A DNA stretch of 64,000 nucleotides, from contig CAVOYH010000003.1 in NCBI GenBank assembly GCA_963700635.1, forward strand, positions 1,472,001-1,536,000, written 5' to 3'. Source of the stretch: an uncultured Bacteroidota bacterium. GTDB taxonomy: Bacteria; Bacteroidota; Ignavibacteria; UBA10030; UBA6906. Below the pieces are notes generated by a model, which was not told the DNA's origin, ran no database searches, and was given only the letters and a program-made list of their open reading frames with translations. Positions 1 through 8,987 of this stretch are shown piece after piece; positions within the stretch are counted from its first letter, which is position 1, and every line of letters starts with the position of its first letter. The translations under genes and the position numbers were made by a program.

Positions 1-1
1 A

Positions 2-103
2 AAGAAGATCCTGAATGCCGTTGTGGTGATTGCGGTGGTGCTGTGGCTGCTGAGAGAGTTTGGGCTGCTTGACTCTCTTCTTAACATTCACATTGGCACT
101 TAA
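2..103 (+). CDS. 3' end of a small membrane protein (Thivi_2564-like), truncated by the window edge
   Basis: Frame from position 2 reads KKILNAVVVIAVVLWLLREFGLLDSLLNIHIGT*, a hydrophobic helix resembling Thivi_2564-family C-termini. Confidence 0.6.
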   Translation, partial: KKILNAVVVIAVVLWLLREFGLLDSLLNIHIGT

Positions 104-308
104 ACTCTGCGCGTTCGCAGGTGTCGGGCCAGCGGTGAGGCAGTTTATATGTGGTGCTTTCGGGAGTTCAGGGGGCGGGGCGTTTTCCTGGAATACTGAC
201 CGGATGCCCCCCAACTCGGTCTGACAATCTTGACTGCTGCTTACCGTCCGGAGGGGGGCGTGGGGTATCTTCCACCCACTTTGTTGTAGCGACCGATCGT
301 TTCTTCGG

Positions 309-1001
309 TTATGCCTTTCGCTTGTGCCGGAACACCAGCAGTAAGATGACCAGGACCAACAGTATCACAACGATAAGAGTAATGATGGCAGGGGTTCCCC
401 ACATCCCGGCAGGCTCATCCGGTTTGGCGCCTTCGTCAATCAGCAGCACGCCCACCCGCGCCGGTGTTGCAGGAGCCTGAAGCACACGTGCGGCTGCCTT
501 TCCCACTTCCGATGGCGGTCTCGTTGTCACGACAGTGGCTGTTATTTTATCTCCTTCGCGCAGCTGATCCAGCGCTATCTCTTTCCCTTGGAGGGTGATC
601 TTCCCGCCCGAAGGTACGCGGTACATCTTATTTTCCCCCTGGGGCGTCCTGATGATCAGATTATTACCCATCGTTTTCCACACCGTCCCCACCTCGACGA
701 TGTTTACCGCATCGACCCATCTGGGAGCATTCGCGGTGCTAATCATTGCCGTCAACTTCATCCCCGGCTTCAGTTCGTGCACGGTCATATCCTTGCCGTC
801 GATGGTGAATGTGTTGCCTTCGGGGATCTCAAATTGCTTGATGTCGCCATTTGTTAACTTCAGGACGAGATCGTTCCCCTCGGCGTACACAATCTCTGCA
901 TTCTCGACTCTGGTTTCAATGTGCTGGGCCCAGAGAACCGGGACCGACAAGATGCAGACCAGAATCGCACTGAAAACCCAAACGGCTCGTAAATGGTTCA
1001 T
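309..1001 (-). CDS. Exported hypothetical protein with two internal beta-rich repeats and a C-terminal membrane anchor
   Basis: ATG at 1001 preceded by GGAG; signal peptide; repeats LKLTNGDIKQF..LKPGMKLTA and IRTPQGENKMY..LREGDKITA; C-terminal TM helix plus RHKRKA. Confidence 0.75.
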   Translation of the reverse strand: MNHLRAVWVFSAILVCILSVPVLWAQHIETRVENAEIVYAEGNDLVLKLTNGDIKQFEIPEGNTFTIDGKDMTVHELKPGMKLTAMISTANAPRWVDAVNIVEVGTVWKTMGNNLIIRTPQGENKMYRVPSGGKITLQGKEIALDQLREGDKITATVVTTRPPSEVGKAAARVLQAPATPARVGVLLIDEGAKPDEPAGMWGTPAIITLIVVILLVLVILLLVFRHKRKA

Positions 1002-1368
1002 GTGTACTTCTCCGCGTTGTTGATGAACATACAAAGTGTTTGCGTGGCTCGACGTTACCGCTGCGATCCTCGGTGCAATCTGATTGTTGAGTGCATTAGG
1101 CACCAAACTCTTTCAGGGTGTCTCATCCCCCTCGGGAATTCCCACAGGGAGTCTGCTTCAGCACTCCAGCGGATTAGGACGACGGGAATGCTGTCGGAAC
1201 CCGGTGGAGCGAACACTTCATCCTATTGGAAACTAGGGGATAACGTGAGAAAAGAAATAGCCCGGAGGGATGAAACAGTAGTTAATCCTCTGCGAGAAAA
1301 GAATTGCCGTCACGCGGGTCTGCTCTCCTGATCTTGGTCCTGTAGGGGGGACTTATTTCATCTGACGC

Positions 1369-1578
1369 TTGAAGTGCCGATCTTTTGCTCTGGAAAGCAT
1401 CCCCCACTTTCAGAGTAGACATGATAACCTTCTTCGGCACCTTGATGGTCAGCGACCGCATCAGGGGATTCAGCAACAGATTCCGAAGACGGGTGAACCG
1501 GGGAAGACAGGGGGTCCTGTTTGGATGAGTCCTGTTCTGGGTGGGCTGCATCACCACTATTTCAGACAGGCGGGGTAA
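1369..1578 (+). pseudogene. C-terminal remnant of an integrase-core (DDE) transposase
   Basis: RPHQGIQQQIP...VLGGLHHHYFRQAG matches the typical tail of integrase-core-domain transposases; no intact upstream catalytic part. Confidence 0.6.
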
Positions 1579-1651
1579 GGAATGGAATAAGTCCCCCTTA
1601 CGGGTTGCTTCCCTTATCGGGAGTTCTCACATTTGAGCCACGCAGCCATCG

Positions 1652-3106
1652 TTGATGCCCGGAAACGACCAAGAAAGAACCGGCGCCATGACCCCTTCAC
1701 GGCTCGACTCTTCCACACAGCAGGGAAGTATTCTTTTTCTTTTCTGGATCTGCTTCATAGCCTCGCTCGGCGGATTCCTTTTCGGCTATGATACCGCCGT
1801 CATCTCGGGAACGTTTGAACTTGTCGAACGGCAGTTCGGTCTGTCCAAGGTGGAGGTAGGGTGGTTCGGGAGCGCAGCCCTGATCGGGTGTCTCGTCGGG
1901 GCAGCTGTCGCCGGCTGGTTTGGCGACCGGTATGGGCCGAAGCGGGTTCTCATTGTCTCGGGTGTTTTCTTCTTTGCCTCAGCCCTCTATACAGCACTTC
2001 CTGAATCATTTCCTGTCCTCACCGCTGCACGCGCCCTCGGCGGGGTAGGTGTCGGCATGGCATCGGTTCTCGCGCCGATGTACATATCCGAATTCTCCCC
2101 TGCCCGCGTGCGTGGACGCGTGGTGGCGCTGTATCAGGTCTCCATCGGCATCGGGATACTTGCCGCGTACTTCGTGAACTATCTCCTCCTCACCCATGCG
2201 CAGGATTCCATAGCAACCGGTGAGACAAGCGGTCTCCTGCACTATTTCCTCGTCGTGGAGGTCTGGCGTGGGATGTTTGGCATGGAGATGATTCCCGCCG
2301 CCGTCTTCACGGTGCTTCTCTTCACCGTTCCGGAGAGTCCCCGATGGATGGTGAAGGCGGGACAAGAACAGAGAGCGCTTGCCGTGCTCAGCCGGATCGA
2401 TGGAACGGACGCTGCAGGACAGGTCATTTCGGAAATCAGCACGGCGCTGCAGCATGAGGAAGGGACTGTACGAGAGCTTTTCCGCCCCGGACTACGGAAT
2501 GCGCTGCTCCTCGCCTTAGGTCTGGCGTTCTTCGGACAACTCACGGGCGTGAATGTCGTTATCTACTACGGGCCGACGATCCTTCGGGAGGCGGGGCTGC
2601 AGAGTGATAGTGCGCTTCTCTACCAGGTAGCTCTTGGAGCGATCGGTTTGCTTTTTACGCTCTTCGCCGTCTGGAAAATCGACTCCTGGGGACGGCGTCC
2701 TCTGCTCGTGGGCGGGATGGTCTTTGTCACAATCGCCATGGCGAGCATGGCTGTGTTGATGCTTCTTGGCGCACCAGCTGTTTGGATAGTTGTTGCCATT
2801 GGCGTCTATATGGCTTGTCTCGCCGTGTCCATATGCTCGGTGATCTGGGTGATGACGCCGGAGCTATTTCCCAACCGGGTGCGAGGCCGCGGTTCCTCAA
2901 TTGCCACCTTTGTCACATGGAGCACCAACGCTCTCGTGGCGTTTGTGTTCCCATGGTACGTCGCAACGCTCGGGGTACACGCTGCATTCTTCACATTCGC
3001 TGCCATATGCGGAGTGGCGACGGTGTTTTTCTGGAGACTCACCCCCGAGACGCGCGGGCGGACCCTGGAGGAGATCGAAAGGTCGTTCGCGGAACCGCGG
3101 ACATGA
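1652..3106 (+). CDS. Sugar porter family MFS transporter (XylE/AraE-like)
   Basis: GGFLFGYDTAVISG, DRYGPK, PESPRW, DSWGRRP and PETRGRTLEEI motifs; about 12 TM helices. Confidence 0.93.
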   Translation: MMPGNDQERTGAMTPSRLDSSTQQGSILFLFWICFIASLGGFLFGYDTAVISGTFELVERQFGLSKVEVGWFGSAALIGCLVGAAVAGWFGDRYGPKRVLIVSGVFFFASALYTALPESFPVLTAARALGGVGVGMASVLAPMYISEFSPARVRGRVVALYQVSIGIGILAAYFVNYLLLTHAQDSIATGETSGLLHYFLVVEVWRGMFGMEMIPAAVFTVLLFTVPESPRWMVKAGQEQRALAVLSRIDGTDAAGQVISEISTALQHEEGTVRELFRPGLRNALLLALGLAFFGQLTGVNVVIYYGPTILREAGLQSDSALLYQVALGAIGLLFTLFAVWKIDSWGRRPLLVGGMVFVTIAMASMAVLMLLGAPAVWIVVAIGVYMACLAVSICSVIWVMTPELFPNRVRGRGSSIATFVTWSTNALVAFVFPWYVATLGVHAAFFTFAAICGVATVFFWRLTPETRGRTLEEIERSFAEPRT

Positions 3107-3352
3107 GAGTTGCCATTTGGGCAATCCCGTTTGAACTGCCCCATTTCAATTGCCCAATTTGAACTGTTCCCACCTGAGCGGTTGTGGCTTCCGCCTGGGC
3201 GGTATTTTGATTGACTTCCGTCACCCCTTGCCGATCTTAGCGCGCTGAAGTGAGCTCCTTACTCCAAAGGAATCGCAGTCCCGCATTTATAGGACCGGAT
3301 TATCTATGGAGAGTGTATTATGAATAATGGGTAATCCTCTCGGGATATCCCC

Positions 3353-3710
3353 ATGATCGGCAAGATGCTCTCCCACTTCAAAATCCTCGGCAAGCTCGGC
3401 GAAGGAGGGATGGGAGTCGCCTACAAGGCCGAAGACACCCGCGTCAATCGCACTGTCGCGCTGTGAAGTTCCTCCGTCTCGGACTGGAATCCCACGAACC
3501 CGAGCGTGCGCGCTTCCTGCAGGAAGCCCAGACCGCTTCCGCCCTCAACCACCCCAATATCTGAACCATCTATACAAAGGGATCGTGCATCGGGACATCA
3601 AAGCAGAAAACATCATGGTCAACGCGAAGAACCAGGTGGCGTGATGGACTTCGGGTTGGCGAAGCTGAAGGGTCCGTTGAAACTGACGAAAACCACGAGC
3701 ACGGTGGAAA
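3353..3710 (+). pseudogene. Degraded Ser/Thr protein kinase (Hanks type) N-terminus
   Basis: Fragments in shifting frames: [75 protein letters not shown]; contains stops, frameshifts and an internal deletion. Confidence 0.85.
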
Positions 3711-3894
3711 AGATCGAACTCAACATTGGTACACGAACCGGGGGTAGGTCACTCACACAATAGTGCCAGGCTTTTGAGCTGGTAATATGAGTAATTTCAC
3801 CTGGAAATCGGCCTTTCTCCGTTGTGGAGAATGATGATTTTTTACCGTAGCTTATATGAAATGGGAGTATGAACGAACGAGAGAGAGGCTTGCG

Positions 3895-4122
3895 ATGGCA
3901 ACAGCACATCAGTTTACGGCGATCATTGAGCGGGAAGACGATTCTTACGTTGCTCTGTGTCCCGAACTCGACATCGCGAGTCAGGGAGCAAGCGTTGAAG
4001 ATGCGCGCCTGAACCTCAAGGAAGCGATAGAGCTTTTTTTCGAATCCGCTTCTCCTGAGGAAATTCGTGAACGGCTTCATGACGAAATCTTTATAACCCG
4101 CCTTGAGATAGCCGTTGCATAA
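3895..4122 (+). CDS. hicB: HicB family antitoxin (short form, no DNA-binding tail)
   Basis: FTAIIEREDDSYVALCPELDIASQGASVEDARLNLKEAIELF; overlaps hicA. Confidence 0.9.
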   Translation: MATAHQFTAIIEREDDSYVALCPELDIASQGASVEDARLNLKEAIELFFESASPEEIRERLHDEIFITRLEIAVA

Positions 4123-4336
4123 GGTCCGCATACTCTCCGGCCGGGAGGTTTGTCAGATTCTCTCCCATCACGGCTTCGTGGAGGTGCGACAACGAGGCAG
4201 TCACATTGTCATGCAGAAGAGGATGTCCGGCTCGACCATTACTGTCCCCGTCCCCAACCACGCTGAGATCAAGCGTGGAACGCTCAAATCGATCATCCGC
4301 CAGTCGCAATTGCCCACAAGCGAGTTCGAGAGGTAG
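4115..4336 (+). CDS. hicA: HicA family mRNA interferase toxin
   Basis: LSGREVCQILSHHGFVEVRQRGSHIVM..TVPVPNHAEIKRGTLKSIIRQS with the catalytic GSH histidine. Confidence 0.9.
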   Translation: MHKVRILSGREVCQILSHHGFVEVRQRGSHIVMQKRMSGSTITVPVPNHAEIKRGTLKSIIRQSQLPTSEFER

Positions 4337-4359
4337 GCCGAACAGTTTTCTCGCTCTCC

Positions 4360-4830
4360 TCACCAGAACGCCTTGCGAAACCTCGCCCGCGGATTGTCGA
4401 AGCGCACCTTGGTCGGATCGAATGCTTTCAGATCGTAGGGCCACTTCTTCTGGGTTTGAGCGTTCAGCCATTCGACGGTAGACTCGTAGTCTTCGTGCGA
4501 AGGTTTTCGAAGAACTCGAAGAAGATTTGCATATCCGGAAACACCGCCGCAATCTTCCGGTGGACAGGCTCCTGCTCCGTCTGTACATCTTGGGTACTTC
4601 GTGCCGGGCACTTGCGGGAGGAACTTCTCGAAGCGCACCTCATGGGCCCAAGAGTCACCGAAATCGTACTCGTATTGCGCGACCGAGCCATCCTCAGTGA
4701 AGTATTCAGTCGCACCGACCTCCCACCCAGGTAACTGAGTTGTCTCAGTGTCCCCCCTTTCCGGTATACCAATATCAATCTGGTTTGTGCCCACTCGAAA
4801 CATGAAGTTGTGCAGGTGATAGTCAAGCCG
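4360..4830 (-). pseudogene. pRiA4b ORF-3 family protein, 5'-truncated copy
   Basis: YEYDFGDSWAH and ACPPEDCGG motifs; near-identical to 17626-18095 but lacks the N-terminus upstream of LDYHLH. Confidence 0.8.
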
Positions 4831-5372
4831 CCAATGTCTGGAAGCGTCCAATCTACGGTTGCTGATTTTGGTCAGTTTTTGAGGGTGGCCTTTACCCAGT
4901 CCTGAGATGGGATGGTAACCCCTGCTGCTTGTAGACGGCTTTTACCGTTGAGATGTTTTCGTTGCCCTCTACACTGGGGAATATATGCGGTCCCCGACAC
5001 ATCGACAAGGGGCGGTATATTCCCTGCGTCGATCACCGGGTACCACCGGATGTGACATACAGCAACTACTGCTACTATCTCGAAGCCAAAAACAGGCTTT
5101 TGGATGCGTTCTCGTGAAAACACGATAGCATCGCACCTTCGGATAGTCAAGTTCGGAGGACAAAAAGGAATTAGCTACTCTTTCATCTCTTTGGTCGATT
5201 CTATTCCATGCGCAGCTTCAGCATACTTATCTACAGGCCAAAGAGGCATAGCCCATTCCCTGGAGCCGGCATTTGACAAAGCGGGAAGTGCAGACGTTGG
5301 AAAGAGGATAGTCTAGCAATACATCGCGGTGAGACAGATAGTCAACAGTCATAGTCTCGAAGGGAGACGATC

Positions 5373-6908
5373 ATGAAAGAGATTCGCATTACTCTGTATT
5401 TCATTTTAGTGGCGCTTTTTGCGCTGCAGCCGGGTATCGCACAAGAGACAAAAGGACGCTGGGCGGTTGGATTTCACGGCGGGCTCAATACGTGGTACAA
5501 CGACTACAACCATCGCGTTCTCGGAGCGGGTGGGGAGTTTATGCTGCGATACGGCATTAGCCGTGGATTTTCAGCCGGGTTGCTTATAGGCTACGAAGAA
5601 CTGACGGCCACGCAAGACCCCCCGCTGATCTCTCCATACGGCTATCTGAAACTCCATGCGATACCGGCTTCATTCGTCGGATGGATCCATTTCGCTCCCG
5701 GCCAACCCGTCAATCCCTATCTCTACGCTGGCATCGGCGCGATGTACTATAAACGATCAAGCGGAGCAATAAACATTCCTGACAGCAAACTCATTCCGAC
5801 GATCCATGTTCCTTTGGGAATCGGCCTCGAGGTGTATCCTTCCTCAAATATCTCCCTTATCGTTGACGCAGGCTATCGCATAACGGATGCGTATACGGAT
5901 GCACTAAAATTAAGCAAGACCGATGGATATGCCACGGCCAAAGTAGGAGTGAATATTTACATAGGCAGAAGCGACTTAGGTGATGCGGATAAGGATGGGC
6001 TCACAAACGGTGACGAAAAAACAATCAGAACAAATCCTGATAACCCCGACTCAGACGGTGATGGGCTCAAGGATGGCTATGAAGTCCACAAACTTAAAAC
6101 CGATCCTCTCAAAGTTGATTCAGACGGCGACGGCCTGAGCGACGGTGACGAAGTCCTCAAATATCATACGGATCCCACCAAGGCCGATACCGATGGAGAC
6201 GGCTTGAGCGATGGTGACGAAGTCCTCAAATATCACACCGACCCATTGAAAACTGACACCGATGGGGACGGCTTGAGCGACGGCGATGAAGTCGTAAAAT
6301 ACAAAAGTGATCCGTTGAAGGTGGATACGGATGGGGACAAACTGTCAGATTTTGACGAGGTTCAGACATACAGAACCGATCCGGCTAAGATAGATACCGA
6401 CACCGACGGTCTCTCGGACTACGATGAAGTGACAAAGCATAAGACCAACCCGTTGAAGTCGGATACAGATGGCGGTGGCATGTCGGACGGCGAGGAAGTC
6501 ACACGAGGGACGAATCCTCTCGATCCGAAGGATGATGTGCTGAAAGAGACGATCATACTTGAGAAGGGCAAGACAGTCATTTTGAAGGGCGTCAATTTTG
6601 AGTTCAACAAGGCAACATTGACGATGGATTCGGAAAACACTCTCGAAATGGCATACAATGCTCTCGTTGCCCAGCCGGATATCAAGGTTCTCATTGTCGG
6701 TCACACTGACGCCGTTGGATCTGACGCGTACAATAAGAAACTTTCGTTCCGCAGGGCGGAAGCAGTCAAGGATTGGATGGTTGCCAAAGGCATTTCGGCG
6801 CGTCGGATGAGTGTGACAGGCAAAGGCGAGATTGAGCCGATTGATTCAAACGAGACGGATGACGGACGCGCAAACAACCGGCGGATCGAATTCCGCGTGC
6901 TGCAATAG
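5373..6908 (+). CDS. OmpA family protein: outer-membrane beta-barrel, Ca-binding TSP3-like repeats and peptidoglycan-binding domain
   Basis: Signal peptide; barrel strands; about 8 repeats of DTDGDGLSDGDEV..TDP; GHTDAVG..YNKKLSFRRAEAV..NRRIEF. Confidence 0.92.
   Translation: MKEIRITLYFILVALFALQPGIAQETKGRWAVGFHGGLNTWYNDYNHRVLGAGGEFMLRYGISRGFSAGLLIGYEELTATQDPPLISPYGYLKLHAIPASFVGWIHFAPGQPVNPYLYAGIGAMYYKRSSGAINIPDSKLIPTIHVPLGIGLEVYPSSNISLIVDAGYRITDAYTDALKLSKTDGYATAKVGVNIYIGRSDLGDADKDGLTNGDEKTIRTNPDNPDSDGDGLKDGYEVHKLKTDPLKVDSDGDGLSDGDEVLKYHTDPTKADTDGDGLSDGDEVLKYHTDPLKTDTDGDGLSDGDEVVKYKSDPLKVDTDGDKLSDFDEVQTYRTDPAKIDTDTDGLSDYDEVTKHKTNPLKSDTDGGGMSDGEEVTRGTNPLDPKDDVLKETIILEKGKTVILKGVNFEFNKATLTMDSENTLEMAYNALVAQPDIKVLIVGHTDAVGSDAYNKKLSFRRAEAVKDWMVAKGISARRMSVTGKGEIEPIDSNETDDGRANNRRIEFRVLQ
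5983..6530 (+). repeat. About 8 tandem ~69-bp (23-aa) DxDGDGLSDxxE repeats inside ompA
   Basis: Repeated gacggc(c/t)tgagcga(c/t)ggtgacgaagtcctcaaatatca units. Confidence 0.85.
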
Positions 6909-6938
6909 TACCACGGTGAGGCAATTACGATAGAGCAG

Positions 6939-6970
6939 AAGGCTCAGGAGCAATCCTGAGCCTTTTGTTT
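6939..6970 (+). terminator. Intrinsic terminator after ompA
   Basis: AAGGCTCAGGA-GCAA-TCCTGAGCCTT followed by TTGTTT. Confidence 0.85.
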
Positions 6971-6992
6971 AGCACCCCAACACACGTCACGG

Positions 6993-8834
6993 GCGGGAAA
7001 AGACGATGTTCAAGTCATTGACCCGGACCTCGGGTTCGCCCTCTGCCGCAGAGACACCGTCCCATTCCTTGTGATCGGAAGTTTCACAAAAGGGGACGAC
7101 ATCTTCGCCACCAACGTGAAAGTCATCAACATTGAAACCAAAGAGACTCTGAAAAGCGCAAGCTCCAAGGGGGAAGGAGCGGGGAGTATCCTGCAACATC
7201 AGATTGATGAGCTCAGCCGTAAGATTGCCGAGGGAATGGGACTCTCGGCGCATCAGATTTCAGAGACGGCCCGACCGGTCGCGGACATTACGAGTTCATC
7301 CCTGGGAGCCTACGAGTATTACCTCAAGGGAAGAAATGCTCAGGAGAGACAGTGGGATCACACCACAGCACGCCGAATGTTTGAGAAGGCGATTGCACTC
7401 GACAGCACATTTGCGTCCGCGCACTTATGGCTTGGAATCTCACTTGCGGATCTGGGACTCGGAAAGGAAGCGGACAACGAGCTTGAGATTGCGAAGCGGT
7501 ATTCACATAGAGCAGGTGAGATCGAGAGGCTGTACATCGATGCAGCATATGCCGACCGCGTAGAGAAGGACAGTGCAAAGTGTATACGGATCTACGAACA
7601 GATTCTGGAGAGTCATCCAAATGACAAGCGAATCCACCTTGCACTTGGAGAATACCTCTCGTATTCAGATTCCCGCAGAGCTCTGTTCCATTTCGAGAAG
7701 GCGCTCGAGGCCGACCCGGAGAATGCAGAGATCCTCAATGCGATAGGGTATATGTATGTTGACCTGGGGAACCTCGAAAAGGCATTGGAATACATTGGAC
7801 GGAACGCTTCCCTCACTCCTGATAGCCCCAACCCGTTTGACTCCAAGGGTGAGGTGTACTTCCGAATGGGCTGGTTAGATAACGCGCTCGCCAATTTCAA
7901 AAAGGCAATTGAAGTAAGACGAGACTTCTACCCTGCCTACATGAGAGCTGCCTATGTGCACGCGCTCAGGGAAGAGTATGGGGAGGCGATGGCTTTGATT
8001 GACACGATGCTCTCCGTCGCACAATCACCGGCCTATAGATGAGTGTGTTTTTTCTGGAGGGCATTTTGCAGCTATTGGCTCGGCAGGAGAAAGGAAGCAT
8101 TCGATCACATGCATCAGGTGAAGAGACTTGCAGAGGCTGGGACGTCCCTGGTTCATTATCCAGATCTTCTGGCGGCATGGATCCACTATGAACGAAATGA
8201 GCTCGAGCAGGGACGCAGATTCCTGGACTCGTGGAATGATTCCAGGAGAAAGGCAAACGCCGAACGCCGAACATGGTGGCTGGCATACACCCTCACTGCA
8301 CGGGCCGTCTTCGACATGAAGGAAGGAAAGGAAGACTCTGCACGTGCCAGGCTGAAGACGATGGAGTCGCTTCTCCCCCGGATGCAACAGGACAGGGATG
8401 AGTTCTATGATATTCGTGACTTGCTTTTGAGCGAGATGTTTCTGGTGCAAAAGGATTACAGCAAATGCATAGAGCTATCAAAGACGACAACTGTAGTCCC
8501 GTTGATAAACATATACCCATTCCAGACGATGTTTCACAATCATCCTTTCCAGGCCGATCAGCTGGCGCGTGCCTATGAGATGAAGGGGCAAACCGATAGT
8601 GCAATCGCTGCATACGAACAGCTAATCACATTCGATCCCAGAGGTGAAAGTCGGCGGCTCATTAATCCGTTGTACCGATACAGGCTGGGACGGCTGTATG
8701 AGAAGAGGGGTCGTCCGAATGAAGCGGTGGAGCAGTACGAGAAGTTCGTGAAGGTCTGGAAGGATGCGGAAAAGAACCGCACTGAGTTGCCGGACGCAAA
8801 ATCGAGACTCCGGCGTCTCAAGGGCGGGGTCTAA
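6993..8834 (+). pseudogene. C-terminal TolB-N-like/TPR portion of a kinase-TPR type protein; 5'-truncated, with one in-frame TGA at 8040-8042
   Basis: Frame is open from about 6993 (AGKDDVQVIDPDLGFALCRRD..) with no proper start; ORFs 7071-8042 and 8043-8834 share a frame; many TPR repeats. Confidence 0.75.
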
Positions 8835-8899
8835 CCCCCCGCTGCCAGAGTCCCGATTCGACTGTGAATCAGTGGTCAGTCGTTCAGGCTGACTGCACG

Positions 8900-8910
8900 G
8901 TGCCCGGAAC
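8900..8910 (-). repeat. att-like copy of the tRNA-Leu 3' end
   Basis: GTGCCCGGAAC identical to 25770-25780; intergenic. Confidence 0.55.
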
Positions 8911-8987
8911 GGGGTCGTGACCGCCGTTGCAATCCGCCTTCCGGCTCGAAGATTTCCTCGCCGTGATGCCGGGGAACTCAGGAGATA

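Noticed and set aside
2-16. 15-bp match to the reverse complement of the tRNA spacer (about 25898-25912)
   Set aside because: One copy is inside a coding region, and an isolated 15-mer match is expected by chance in 64 kb.
3117-3172. Short inverted repeat TTGGGCAAT/ATTGCCCAA plus two TTTGAACTG copies
   Set aside because: Could be a terminator or an IS-end scar, but it is too short and has no partner element.
3728-3745. Possible fifth degenerate att core before hicB (GTACACGAACCGGG)
   Set aside because: Only about 9 of 14 positions match and there is no terminator hairpin; not distinguishable from chance.
4850-5330. Unassigned stretch between the pRiA4b remnant and ompA
   Set aside because: No recognisable protein motif or RNA structure found; left uncalled.
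5983-6530. Regular ~69-bp repeats considered as a CRISPR-like array
   Set aside because: They are in-frame protein repeats with synonymous variation, no unique spacers and no cas genes.
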